Source: Macrostomum lignano
Lineage: Eukaryota
Direction: 5' to 3'
DNA: 64,000 nt
Assembly: GCA_002269645.1 (NCBI GenBank)
Contig: NIVC01001206.1
Coordinates: forward strand, 1 to 64,000
How positions within the stretch are numbered: the stretch's first letter is position 1; every line of letters begins with the position of its first letter. The notes under the pieces were generated by a model. The model did no database searches. It saw nothing but the letters and a program-made list of their open reading frames with translations, and was not told the origin of the DNA. Position numbers and translations under genes: made by a program. Positions 11,951 to 23,411 of the stretch are shown here, piece after piece.

Positions 11951-12690
11951 TCCCTTCCCTTATCTCCTTTCCCTTATCTCCCTTCCCTTACATGCATCTC
12001 CCTTCCCTTATCTCCCTTCCCTTATCTCCCTTCCCTTGTCTCCCTTCCCTTATCTCCCTTCCCTTATCTCCCTTCCCTTGTCTCCCTTCCCTTACATGTA
12101 TCTCCCTTCCCTTATCTCCCTTCCCTTATCTCCCTTCCCTTATCTCCCTTCCCTCATCTCCCTTCCCCTATCTCCCTTCCCTTATCTCCCCTCCCTATTT
12201 CCCTTCCCCTATCTCCCTTCCCTTATCTCCCTTCCCTTATCTCCCTTCCCTTACATGTATCTCCCTTCCCTTATCTCCCTTCCCTTATCTCCCTTCCCTC
12301 ATCTCCCTTCCCTTATCTCCCTTCCCTTATCTCCCTTCCCTATTTCCCTTCCCTTATCTCCCTTCCCTTATCTCCCTTCCCTTATCTCCCTTCCCTTATC
12401 TCCCTTCCCTTATCTCCCTTCCCTTATCTCCCTTCCCTTATCTCCCTTCCCTCATCTCCCTTGCCTTATCTCCTTTCCCTTATCTACCTTCCCTATTTCC
12501 CTTCCCTTATCTCCCTTCCCTTATCTCCCTTCCCTTATCTCCTTTCCCTCATCTCACTTCCCTCATCTCCCTTCCCTCATCTCCCTTCCCTCATCTCAGC
12601 AAAAAATATCTCCCTTCCCTTATCTCCTTTCCCTTATCTCCTTTCCCTTATCTCCCTTCCCTTATCTCCCTTCCCTCATCTCAGCAAAAA
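11951..12690. repeat. 14-bp pyrimidine-rich tandem repeat (CCTTATCTCCCTTC)n
   Basis: Direct reading. Source of the ORFs at 11925-12776. Confidence 0.95.
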
Positions 12691-13101
12691 AATCAGCAAA
12701 AATCAGAATCAGTAAAAAAACTGGGGAAAACACTAGTTTAATGCTTCTGGTGTATGCCAAGCGAGTCTGTCAGTAACTCGCTTTCCAAAACTGCTGTCCG
12801 AATATTCATTTCCCTTTACAGGAATTAAGGGCACAGGGCGCACATACTTTGAGAATGAGAGAAGAACCGCGAAACACTTTTTATGATTTTTCTTGACAAC
12901 TTAAGGTTTGCTATCTGAGCCAGTCTGAGCAGCCTTGGCTTTTGACACTTGACACGACTGACAGTTTGCAGTTTGCTGTCGATTTGCCTTTTGTTTATGG
13001 GTAAAGTTGCTCTATATATGAAGATTTTTACAAAAAAATCAATCTACAAGTCGGAACCAAAATAATCATGTCTTTATCGATTGCATGCAGTTATGTAAAT
13101 A

Positions 13102-13212
13102 ATAAACGCCGTTTAATTCACATTCTGTGGTTAGAATGTCTGAGGCTGCGTTTGTCTGATTGCAGCCGAGGATATTCTAACCATAGACTATGATGAATTA
13201 AACGGCGTTTAT
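13102..13212. mobile_element. 111-bp palindromic (hairpin) module inside a ~260-bp insertion
   Basis: ATAAACGCCGTTTAATTCA...TGAATTAAACGGCGTTTAT with further inner arms. Absent from the aligned paralogous position near 6930. Confidence 0.65.
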
Positions 13213-13412
13213 CATATATTAAATTCGATTGCTCCTGATTTCGAGGAGATTATATGATATAATATCCTAGTTTTTGTTAAAAATTACCACAGACAACACA
13301 TTCCCGGCTCAGAATAGTACAATTTTTTAACGATTAAATAAGCAATCGTATTTTATATTCGTGTTTAAATTTTAATTAAAATTTGAACACATTGGCTACT
13401 AGGAGCTAACAG

Positions 13413-14329
13413 TATTGCTTTTGCCGCGCTATGTGGATCAGTGGGCATGCAAAACGGAACGGCCCATTAGAAAGAATTCTATGGCCAAGTGTTTGAATTA
13501 ACTTGAGAAAGTAAGCCATGGACAAGTCAATTTGTCATGCTATGTGGAACGATGAGCTAGAATAGATGGAACGGTTTGAGTTTTTTCACAGAGACAACAA
13601 GATGCTTACATTTTTCTGTCAGATACAAGCTAATTGACTTAAGCTATAATGGTTCCGCAAATTTCTGAACGCGATCGACAGCGTATCGTCGCCGCCTTGC
13701 ACGGTGCATGGACTGTCGATGAAGGATGTGTTAGTGTTGATAAGAGTATCCAATTCTTCTGATCCCCGCATTCAGTCAAAATTCGAACAAGCCGGCAGGT
13801 TGGAAGCTGCCAGCCACTTAGTTGACACCCCTTAGCAGACCGCTGCCATCAACTGGGCCTAACGGAAACTGGATAATTTTTTTGGATGGCCCAAATTTCC
13901 AACTGAAAAGAATTTTAATACGAATCCTGAGGGAGACACTTGAACAGTGGAGATTCATGTTACTCGAGCGAGAGGTGGCTGAAGCCGTTGGCCAAGCAAT
14001 CACTGCTGACAAGTGCTCTGGCTGGAAGCTGGGACATATTGTTTGAATTTTGTTTGCAGCGACATCTGTTTTAAGAGTTGACCTTTTGGAAATTTTGATG
14101 CTTTTAATTTGTGACAAAATATGCTTTATTGTGTCGGTTTTTATTCTTTCTGCAAAAAAACCCCAAACCGTTCCATCTATTCTGGCTCATTGTTCCACAT
14201 AGCATGACAAATTGACTTGTCCATGGCTTACTTTCTCAAGTTAATTCAAACCCACCCTTGGCCATAGAATTCTAATGGGCCGTTCCGTTTTGCATGCCCA
14301 CTGTTACACATAGCGTGACAAAAGCAATA
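13413..14329 (+). mobile_element. Internally deleted Tc1/IS630-like DNA transposon with ~150-175-bp inverted repeats
   Basis: The arms at 13439-13590 (CAGTGGGCATGCAAAACGGAACGGCCC...) and 14160-14303 are near-perfect reverse complements, and inverted similarity extends to 13413/14329. Internal remnants MVPQISERDRQRIVAALHG (HTH-start-like) and IIFLDGPNF...AVGQAITADKCSGWK resemble IS630/Tc1 termini. Confidence 0.7.
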
Positions 14330-14937
14330 TTACTATCTATGCTACATTGGCAGTGGTGAAGTCCTGTTTCTGCCATAGACAAGCGAATCAATGCAGCAGA
14401 TATTTACATGTACGCGCACTAGTGAACTGGGCCATTAACTTGAATTCCAGCTTCATATAACCATCCCTTCATTCAGACAATGCACTTACTACGTTGTACA
14501 CTGTACTTTTAGCAAAGCGTCATAGATCGAACAGACTACTATTTAACAACTTCTAGTTTGGTGGCCAAAGTGATGTTTTCAAGAATTCGCTGCATCACTG
14601 ATGCAAGTCAGAGGGAGCTGGCTCAGCAGAGAAGGCGAGGGCGCACGACAGGAATGAAGAGAACTGAAGAGAAGAAGCTGATGCGAATGAATGCTGTTTG
14701 AGTGGAGTTTTAAAGATTCAAGTTTTAACTTCCTAAATGAACTGACTGACTGGTTTTACATATAAAATCCGATTACTTATTTTATTGACATTTATTGGGC
14801 TCATTCTGAGCCAGGAAAGCCTAGTCTATGGTTTAAAGTGCTATAATTCCAAGCACATCAAATAATTTGATGGGCTCCAAAATGGAGACCATCAAATGAT
14901 TTGATGGTCCCTAAATGAAAGCAGTTTGAACCATAGA

Positions 14938-15636
14938 CTAAACAGAACTAGACAGTGTACTTGGATGCAACAAAAAAACTGTTATTATAAACTGTATAAC
15001 GAAGCAACAAAAAAACAATTTTCTAGCCAAGCCATGGACAATTGGTAGGGTTATATAGGAAGCATATTTAGTTTTTTTCAATAATAGGCAATGCATTAAA
15101 CGTTTCACAAACTCACTTAAACTGAATGTAGATTTTAGCTCCATCAATGATGATAGACTTGACACCGTGGTCAGTAATAGAAGCGCTGGAATCTCCAGAA
15201 GCGACAGGCTCACGTAAAAGTGTTGGATCATCGATACCAAGTTTTTCAGAGTTCCAGGCGGATATTTTTCGCCATTCTCCTTCCTCACCTCAAAAACGAA
15301 GAAGTGCAACAGTTCGTTGATCTCATTCTTTGTAAGCTCTTCGACAGGCTTAATCACCGCGAGTCCTGACAGACGGCCTTGCATTTGCAGTTGGACACGA
15401 TTCTCCTTCCACGTCCGGAACACATTCATCGCCCACTTTTCTTTTGCTCGTGTAGACTCAGGTAAGCTCTCTAGCATTCTGCGCTCCAAAGCGGTCTCAT
15501 CAAGCAACTCACCGAAACGAGAGCTAGGTTTGGTCGGCAGTGTTTTAGCGTTTCCGAGGGGCGGCGGAACTACATTTCCAGCAGGGGCTGGATCGAAAAA
15601 ATTAAAAAAGTTGTCGCTATCAAATTCTTCTTCCAT
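14938..15636 (-). mobile_element. Crypton-type tyrosine-recombinase-related ORF (DUF3504/ZMYM/KCTD1-like N-terminal part), apparently truncated
   Basis: From the ATG at 15636: STRAKEKWAMNVFRTWKENR...ELLHFFVFEVRKENGEKYPPGTLKNLVSMIQHF, matching the F..E.RK.DG..Y.P.TL..L...IQ pattern of this family. Possible donor at 15223. No catalytic C-terminal half visible. Confidence 0.7.
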
Positions 15637-18600
15637 CGCGGTGTGGTTCAAGAGAAAGCTACGAAAGAAGTAATTCGGATTTCGTCTAGCTAGTACTGTC
15701 TTAAATTTATGGAAAATTTGTCTATGGTTCCAATGTGGGGGCTTCGCCCCCACACCCCCAGTCGGGGCTTTGCCGACTGGCTGCACCGCATTCGGCCCGG
15801 CTCAAGAGAAAGCTACAAAAATAAGCAATTCGGATTTCATATAAGATCACGGTAGTTTAATGCGCATTCTATGGTAGAAAGTCCTCGGCCACACTTAACG
15901 GTCCTCGGCTCGCTTCGCTCGCCTCGAGACCATCAAATGCAGCCTCGGACTTTCTAACCCTAGAATGCGCATTAAACATCCATGATTATATACTTGATCG
16001 TTGCAAATGGGATCTTTTACTGCCTTTGATACTTTTTGCTTAATTATTTTACGCTAGTTGATACTACTGGCCACAGACTTCACAACAAAAGTAGTGTGGA
16101 CGATTTTTAATTCGGTTTTCATGAAAAATGCGAGATTGAACATTCTGTATTTATTCTGTGGGGTTATACTGGTCCATGAGATTTGCCCGCCGAAGTTTGC
16201 CCGCAATGCTTTTTTCCTGCAGCGCATTTAGTTACGTCACCGTCACGCGGCAGATTTGTCCGCATTGCCCCCAATGCTTAGTACATGTACATGTAAGTTT
16301 TAATAAAGAGATTTAGGGAACAAAGCAGCATGGGCATATGCATGAATTAGTAGCTCACCGATGTAACCCCGCATGTAAATATAGAAATGAATTTAGGAGC
16401 CAGTAATTCCCCAGTCAGCAATTCCCCAGCCAAACATACAAATTGTATTTGACACCTAAAGTTCGTTGTTATTTTAATGATGAGTTTCAGTTCTTGCTGA
16501 GTGATGAAGCAGCATTCGTGAATGCTTTGTGGAACTCAAATATTTTTGGTACTGCATTTTTCTAACAAACAGAGTGGCTTTGAATCATATTATAATTAAA
16601 TTATATGAAGCTGATGACTTTCTATTTAATTAATGATAAACAGTATGTTTCAATAGATACTAATCAAGATCAAAAAGCACATTCAATATTTATATTCATA
16701 GAAATCAATATGTACAGCAGTTGTGTACATCTCTGGCCCCGTGTGCAAGTTTTGTCTAGAATTAAAACAAAACACAAGTTATGATTTCATGGCTAAAAAA
16801 ACAAAACGGAAACAATTTGACAGACTATCCAATGCAGTTAAATTCCAACAAGAGCGGACATGCAATAAAAGTTACAAAAAATGAACTCCAGAAACAATGT
16901 CTGATTAATTTTTTATCAAACCTTTTGGAAATAAAACTGGCATCGGTAATTCCTTAATCTCTAAGTTATATGGTGATTGATGCTTAAAACAACTCAACAT
17001 TTGAACTGACTAATGGTGGGTGAAAATTTAAATCACAGAGCGGCTCTTAAAGAATTATAAAGCAAACATTATATCTATCTGACTAACTAAACTACTGACA
17101 AAAACCTTAACAGTAGTATAACGCAGAAAAAAATAATAAAACGCACTAGAAAAGTCAAGAAATACTGATTAAAATCAAAAGTATTTACTAATTACGCACG
17201 CACTAAAACCAACACCACAAGCATTTTCAAGATAATATAAGTTATCAGCCACCGTCGCTTGTAGATTTACTGTGCAGAGGTTACTGAAATAGAATTTGAA
17301 GAGTCGCTTGTCATTAAAAGCGGCAGAAAGCTTCAAGTATTGAAACAATATAATTTCGGTATGCAACGGGGGGGCCTTAAGGTCTAAAAGGCCGTTAGTT
17401 GTACAATCTGGCTTCGGCGGATGAATGACCACCCGGTGACAAAGAAAGTTTCATTCAGTTATTGTTTTTTCTTCAGAATCGTCAGTGACACCGGGCGAAC
17501 ATTAATCCGCCAATTAAGCTTAAAAGGATTTCAGTATCAGGCGAATCCTCTTGCAAGCCAGAGTCATCTTTAAAAGGGAATCATTAATAGCTAACTTCTC
17601 TCTTTCAAAGCAATTTAAACGTGAACTTACCATAATTTTATTAATTGTCCGCTTTGATCAATTTTTATTTGGGATATTTAGGTAGGGCCTTTCTTTCAGG
17701 CTATCCGGCGTCCCCAGAATAAGGGGGCACCAGAGGTGAACTGAAGGACGTTAGAGGTCGGACAGTTATAAAGAATTCACAATATATATTATAGGCACAG
17801 CTGGTGAGGGGTCGGACGAATTGGGGGTTGTTGTAATGTACACCCAGCACCTCCACCCCCGCTGATACACGCGCACGAGCAGCCGGCGCCGTTCAGCCTC
17901 CCCCTCCTCCCGCGGGGGGAGGGAATCTTTGCAAAAGGCCCAGCTATTTGGAGGGTGGGTTGTGGGGTCAGTGCGTGGCCCAATAGTGAATCGGGGAACC
18001 CCCATGGCGCGTTCTGTCCATTCCTCCCTCTCCTCGCTCTCCTTCTCTTTCTTTGGTTAAACCGCGCCCCCGTCCCCCTGGCCCTCAATTTTCAACCCCA
18101 ACTGTCCCGGCGTGACCCGGTCACGAACCGAACGGGGGTTACCTAACCACTTATATAACCAAAAACTCATAAGGCAAGCAAAAGGGGTAGAGAAGGAAGG
18201 GCAGAGAATGACCCGCCAGGAAGGGTTTTATACAAGATTAGGGGAGCTTTATACAAGAGTTAAGAAACTGAATAACAACAGCTTATAGATATGACGCACT
18301 CTCATGCTAAGGGTCAGTTGAGGTTAACGCCCTGGCCCTTCCTACAACCCTACTCCGTCCCGTGTAATCCCAAAACTTCTCTCTTAAACCTCTCCGCAAA
18401 GATCACGGTTATATCGATTGAATTGCTATTGATTCTGCTGCAGCGACAAAAGTAATGCCCCGTTTTCAAGCAACTCTCATTGATTTCTTTTGGGTTTGAT
18501 TTTTGCTCAACTCTGGAGGGAGGAAACATTTGATTTTGTTTTTTAAATTAAACTGTACTACTTATTAAGGCTCTTACGAGTGATTGAAGTATATAACATG

Positions 18601-18971
18601 CTGATAAGAGCAAATAATCTGGCAGTGCAACAACTGCAGAACTAGATAATTAGCAGAGCTGTTATCAGACTTTATGTGGGGGTTTAGGGGGTTGTTATTA
18701 TCATATTATTAGCTCACTGATGCAAATTTTGACTACTCATATCAAGCGCAAGAACTTCCTAATTTAGATTTTTGCTTTTTTGGTATGAGTCACAACAGAA
18801 GTAGATATTTGAAGGTGACGGACTGACGGCTCTTCTTGTCCCCAGAATGCCCTGCATACTGCATTGGAATTAGTTGTGCTGTGCAATCCAGCATAAAAAG
18901 TCTGTTAGCAATGGTTAGTGGCTCAAGTTTGTTAACTGAAACCAGTGATGGGATACAAGGCGTTCAAAACC

Positions 18972-19740
18972 ACACAGTGCCCCCTCAGTGTCCCAACAGT
19001 GCCCCCACAGTGCCCCCTCAGTGTCCCAACAGTGCCCCCCCACAGTGCCCCCTCAGTGTCCCAACAGTGCCCCCACAGTGCCCCCTCAGTGCCCCCGTGC
19101 CACCACAGTGCCCCCACAGTGCCCCATTAATACCAACACAGTGCCCCCACAGTGCCCCCATAATACCAACACAGTGCCCCCACAGTGCCCCCCATAATAC
19201 CAACACAGTGCCTCCACAGTGCCCCCCATAATACCAACACAGTGCCCCCACAGTGCCCCCCATAATACCAACACAGTGCCTCCACAGTGCCCCCCATAAT
19301 ACCAACACAGTGCCTCCACAGTGCCCCCATAATACCAACACAGTGCCTCCACAGTGCCCCCCATAATACCAACACAGTGCCCCCACAGTGCCCCCATAAT
19401 ACCAACACAGTGCCTCCACAGTGCCCCCCCCCATAATACCAACACAGTGCCCCCACAGTGCCCCCCATAATACCAACACAGTGCCTCCACAGTGCCCCCC
19501 ATAATACCAACACAGTGCCTCCACAGTGCCCCCATAATACCAACACAGTGCCCCCACAGTGCCCCCCATAATACCAACACAGTGCCTCCACAGTGCCCCC
19601 ATAATACCAACACAGTGCCCCCACAGTGCCCCCATAATACCAACACAGTGCCCCACAGTGCCCCCATAATACCAACACAGTGCCCCCACAGTGCCCCCCA
19701 TAATACCAACACAGTGCCCCACAGTGCCCCCATAATACCC
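18972..19740. repeat. Composite minisatellite (CCATAATACCAACACAGTGCCCCCACAGTGCCC, ~33-35 bp)
   Basis: Direct reading. Source of the ORFs at 18932-19830. Confidence 0.95.
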
Positions 19741-19941
19741 AGTTTTCCCCATCTCCACAGTGCCTACCACCCTCTTCTATCTCTCCTCTCTCTTACTCCA
19801 TATCTCCTCACCTTACATCTCTCCTCCTAGAGCCTCTCTCACCTCGATCGCCGCTTTCCTTTGTCTCATCTCCCCCTCCTCTTTCCTCTTCTCTCTCCTC
19901 TATTCCCTCTCCCTCGCTCTCATCTGTTCCTCTGTCACGAG

Positions 19942-20052
19942 CTGGATTTTTTATCTGGCCCTTGAGGTGAATAAGTTTGCTGATAAGTTTGTCCATCAAC
20001 TACATGTAATTAAGAAAGACAAATCAGATGAGTCACACACTACTTGTACCCG
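19942..20052 (+). CDS. Candidate isolated internal exon (WIFYLALEVNKFADKFVHQLHVIKKDKSDESHTTCTR)
   Basis: Pyrimidine-rich acceptor ...ctgtcacgag and donor CG|gtaatt, open frame, between two satellites. Partner exons not established. Confidence 0.3.
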
Positions 20053-20237
20053 GTAATTAGTAGCAACGCGCACATTCAAATCATATATACTTTTTTTCTG
20101 CGGAAAAATTACTTAGCGAACTTCCTCAAACTGTTATAAAACTTCGAGTATATCATAAAAGTTATGAATTTAATATATGTGGTGTGGAATATAAATAATT
20201 TTATAGATTTTAAAGATATGATCCCGTCTAAAAGGAA

Positions 20238-21680
20238 AGAATGATCCTATCTAACAGGGGAGAATGATCCTATCTAACAGGGGAGAATGATCCTATCTAA
20301 CAGGGGAGAATGATCCTGTCTAATAGGGGAGAATGATCATATCTAACAGGTGAGAATGATCATATCTAACAGGGGAGAATGATCATATCTAACAGGGGAG
20401 AATGATCCTGTCTAACAGGGGAGAATGATCCTATCTAACAGGGGAGAATGATCCTGTCTAACAGGGGAGAATGATCCTATCTAACAGGGGAGAATGATCC
20501 TATCTAACAGGGGAGAATGATCCTATCTAACAGGGGAGAATGATCCTATCTAACACGGGAGAATGATCCTATCTAACAGGGGAGAATGATCATATCTAAC
20601 AGGGGAGAATGATCATATCTAACAGGGGAGAATGATCCTATCTAACAGGGGAGAATGATCATATCTAACAGGGGAGAATGATCATATCTAACAGGGCAGA
20701 ATGATCCTATCTAATACGGGAGAATGATCCTATCTAACAGGGGAGAATGATCCTATCTAACAAGGGGAGAATGATCATATCTAACAGGGGAGAATGATCA
20801 TATCTAACAGGGGAGAATGATCCTATCTAACAGGTGAGAATGATCATATCTAACAGGGGAGAATGATCATATCTAACAGGGGAGAATGATCCCATCTAAC
20901 AGGGGAGAATGATCCTGTCTAACAGGGGAGGATGATCCTATCTAACAGGGGAGAATGATCCTATCTAACAGGTGAGAATGATCCTATCTAACAAGGGGAG
21001 AATGATCATATCTAACAAGGGGAGAATGATCCTATCTAACAGGGGAGAATGATCCTATCTAACAGGTGAGAATGATCATATCTAACAGGGGAGAATGATC
21101 ATATCTAACAGGGGAGAATGATCCCATCTAACAGGGGAGAATGATCCTATCTAACAGGGGAGGATGATCCTATCTAACAGGGGAGAATGATCCTATCTAA
21201 CAGGTGAGAATGATCCTATCTAACACGGGGAGAATGATCCTATCTAACAGGGGAGAATGATCCTATCTAACAGGGGAGAATGATCATATCTAACAGGGGA
21301 GAATGATCCTATCTAACAGGGGAGAATGATCCTATCTAACAGGGGAGAATGATCCTATCTAACAGGGGAGAATGATCCTATCTAACACGGGGAGAATGAT
21401 CCTATCTAACAAGGGGAGAATGATCCTATCTAACACGGGAAGAATGATCCCATCTAACAGGGGAGAATGATCCTATCTAACAGGGGAGAATGATCCTGTC
21501 TAACAGGGGAGAATGATCCTATCTAACAGGGGAGAATGATCCTATCTAACAGGGGAGAATGATCCTATCTAACACGGGGAGAATGATCCCATCTAACAGG
21601 GGAGAATGATCCTATCTAACAGGGGAGAATGATCCTATCTAACAGGGGAGAATGATCCTGTCTAACAGGGGAGAATGATC
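20238..21680. repeat. 23-bp tandem repeat (GAATGATCCTATCTAACAGGGGA), about 62 copies
   Basis: Direct reading. Confidence 0.97.
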
Positions 21681-21774
21681 CTCTCTAAAAAGTCTGTTAC
21701 AACAAGCAAATTGGGCTTGAAGATTTTCTTGTGTTTCTTTCGTTGCCAAAGAAGAGTGAATCTCCATCTATTGT

Positions 21775-23346
21775 CTATTTCTGGAACTGTCCTTCTTTGC
21801 TATTCGGCGACCTTCCCGGCGACCTGTCGAGCAGTTCCAGGTCCCCGCTGTCGATTATTCGTCTCTCCAGTCCATCGATAAAGTTGTTGAGCTCGAGTAT
21901 TCGCGATTCCAACTCAAGCTGCTGCTTCTCGGCCCGGTTCTCAGCGTCCAAAGCCGCCAGTTTGGCCTGTCTCAGCCTGTCGAAGGTCTCCTGAAGGCGC
22001 TGCTGCAGTCGCCGATTCTCCTCAGTCACCGTGAGCAGCTGAGTCTGAAGCAGCTGGCATCGTTGCTGCTGCTGCAACAGACGCTGCTGATGATCTGTCA
22101 ACTGCTCTTCCAATTGCTGCTTCTGTCTGCGCCAGTCTTCTTCCAGTTGTTCCAGTTGCTGTTTCTTAGTCTTCTGCCGTTGCTTTCGGTTGCTGCTCCG
22201 ACTGCCAGCTAAGCTGAGGATGCTCAGCCACTTTTTGCCCGATTTCGAAGCCGCTTCGCCTTCATCAGCGTCCAGTTCGACGGTCGAGTAGGATTCCACC
22301 ATGGAGTCTGGGCGGAACTCGCGATGATGAGGCGTTCTTGGAGGCTGGCTGAGTGAACTCAGCGTTGGCGGTGTGCAAGCTGAAAAGTTATGGCATGTGA
22401 TGAGTATGGCATGTGATGAGTATGGCATGTGATGAGTATGGCATGTGATGAGTATGGCATGTGATGAGTATGGCATGTGATGAGTATGGCATGTGATGAG
22501 TATGGCATGTGATGAGTATGGCATGTGATGAGTATGGCATGTGATGAGTATGGCATGTGATGAGTATGGCATGTGATGAGTATGGCATGTGATGAGTATG
22601 GCATGTGATGAGTATGGCATGTGATGAGTATGGCATGTGATGAGTATGGCATGTGATGAGTATGGCATGTGATGAGTATGGCATGTGATGAGTATGGCAT
22701 GTGATGAGTATGGCATGTGATGAGTATGGCATGTGATGAGTATGGCATGTGATGAGTATGGCATGTGATGAGTATGGCATGTGATGAGCATATGATTCAA
22801 TACAATTTGAATATGAAAAAAGTGAAAAGTCTATCTCCGTCGTGCATTTTACGGGGAAACCAGCCTCATCAACATTTTCTTAGAAAGGTAGTTTACCGTC
22901 CTTCAACTTGACTAGTCCTTGGATTGCGCACATGTAAAGCACAGAGAAACATGAAACCTACGTGCGCGGGAGCCATGGTTCTCCGGGTCCGCTAGGGCTG
23001 TTGCACCCTCCGTCGTGGCCTCGACAGTCAGCGGCCTGGGTCGACGGCAGAGTTCGCCGAGATCGCGGCTCAACCGCCTGCACTGCGCGTCGACATCTTC
23101 GACATTGTCAGCGTAGACGGTGGCTGCAGGATCCTGGTGGGCGGCCTCTCTGCCCAGATCAGCCATGGACATCCATCTGGCACTGGTCACTTGCGAAGTT
23201 GTCTGCTTTCGCTTGTTGTTGTTGTTGTTGCTTTGACAAATTTTGCGCCGCAACGATTTGAACATGGACGGGCCGCTGTCGATGGCGAGGACGTTGAGCT
23301 GCGGCGAGCTTAAGCACCGGGATGGCGGCGGCTGCTGCTGCTGCAT
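21775..23346 (-). CDS. Coiled-coil protein of unknown function, at least 2 exons
   Basis: One exon ends at 22962 (C|gtaggt, phase 1) and joins exon 22379-21775 (ttttcag|CT). Glu/Gln/Leu heptad-rich C-terminus. The ATG at 23346 (MQQQQPPP) is the likely start; the frame stays open upstream to about 23491. Confidence 0.75.
22390..22790. repeat. 16-bp tandem repeat (ATGGCATGTGATGAGT), about 25 near-perfect copies, intronic
   Basis: Fills intron 22380-22961. Confidence 0.97.
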
Positions 23347-23411
23347 CTCGGACTCCCAGTGCAGCCAGCACTTGTAGAACACGGCTCCGGGTGGTCTCGA
23401 ACCGCCGCCTC

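Larger units (their letters stand above)
5940..13430. other. Local duplication: block ~5940-7010 aligns with ~10950-13430 (second copy interrupted by insertions)
   Basis: Shared upstream sequence (cctgaactgat...cagcttgca...aagattaatcc), gene and intron, and downstream blocks (gactgacagttt...ctgtcgatttgccttttgttt; gtcggaaccaaaataat; gagctaacagtat). Confidence 0.9.

Noticed and set aside
14514-14700. Open plus-strand stretch after ttttag (QSVIDRTDYY...KKLMRMNAV*)
   Set aside because: It could be a terminal exon, but there is no upstream partner exon and no recognisable motif.
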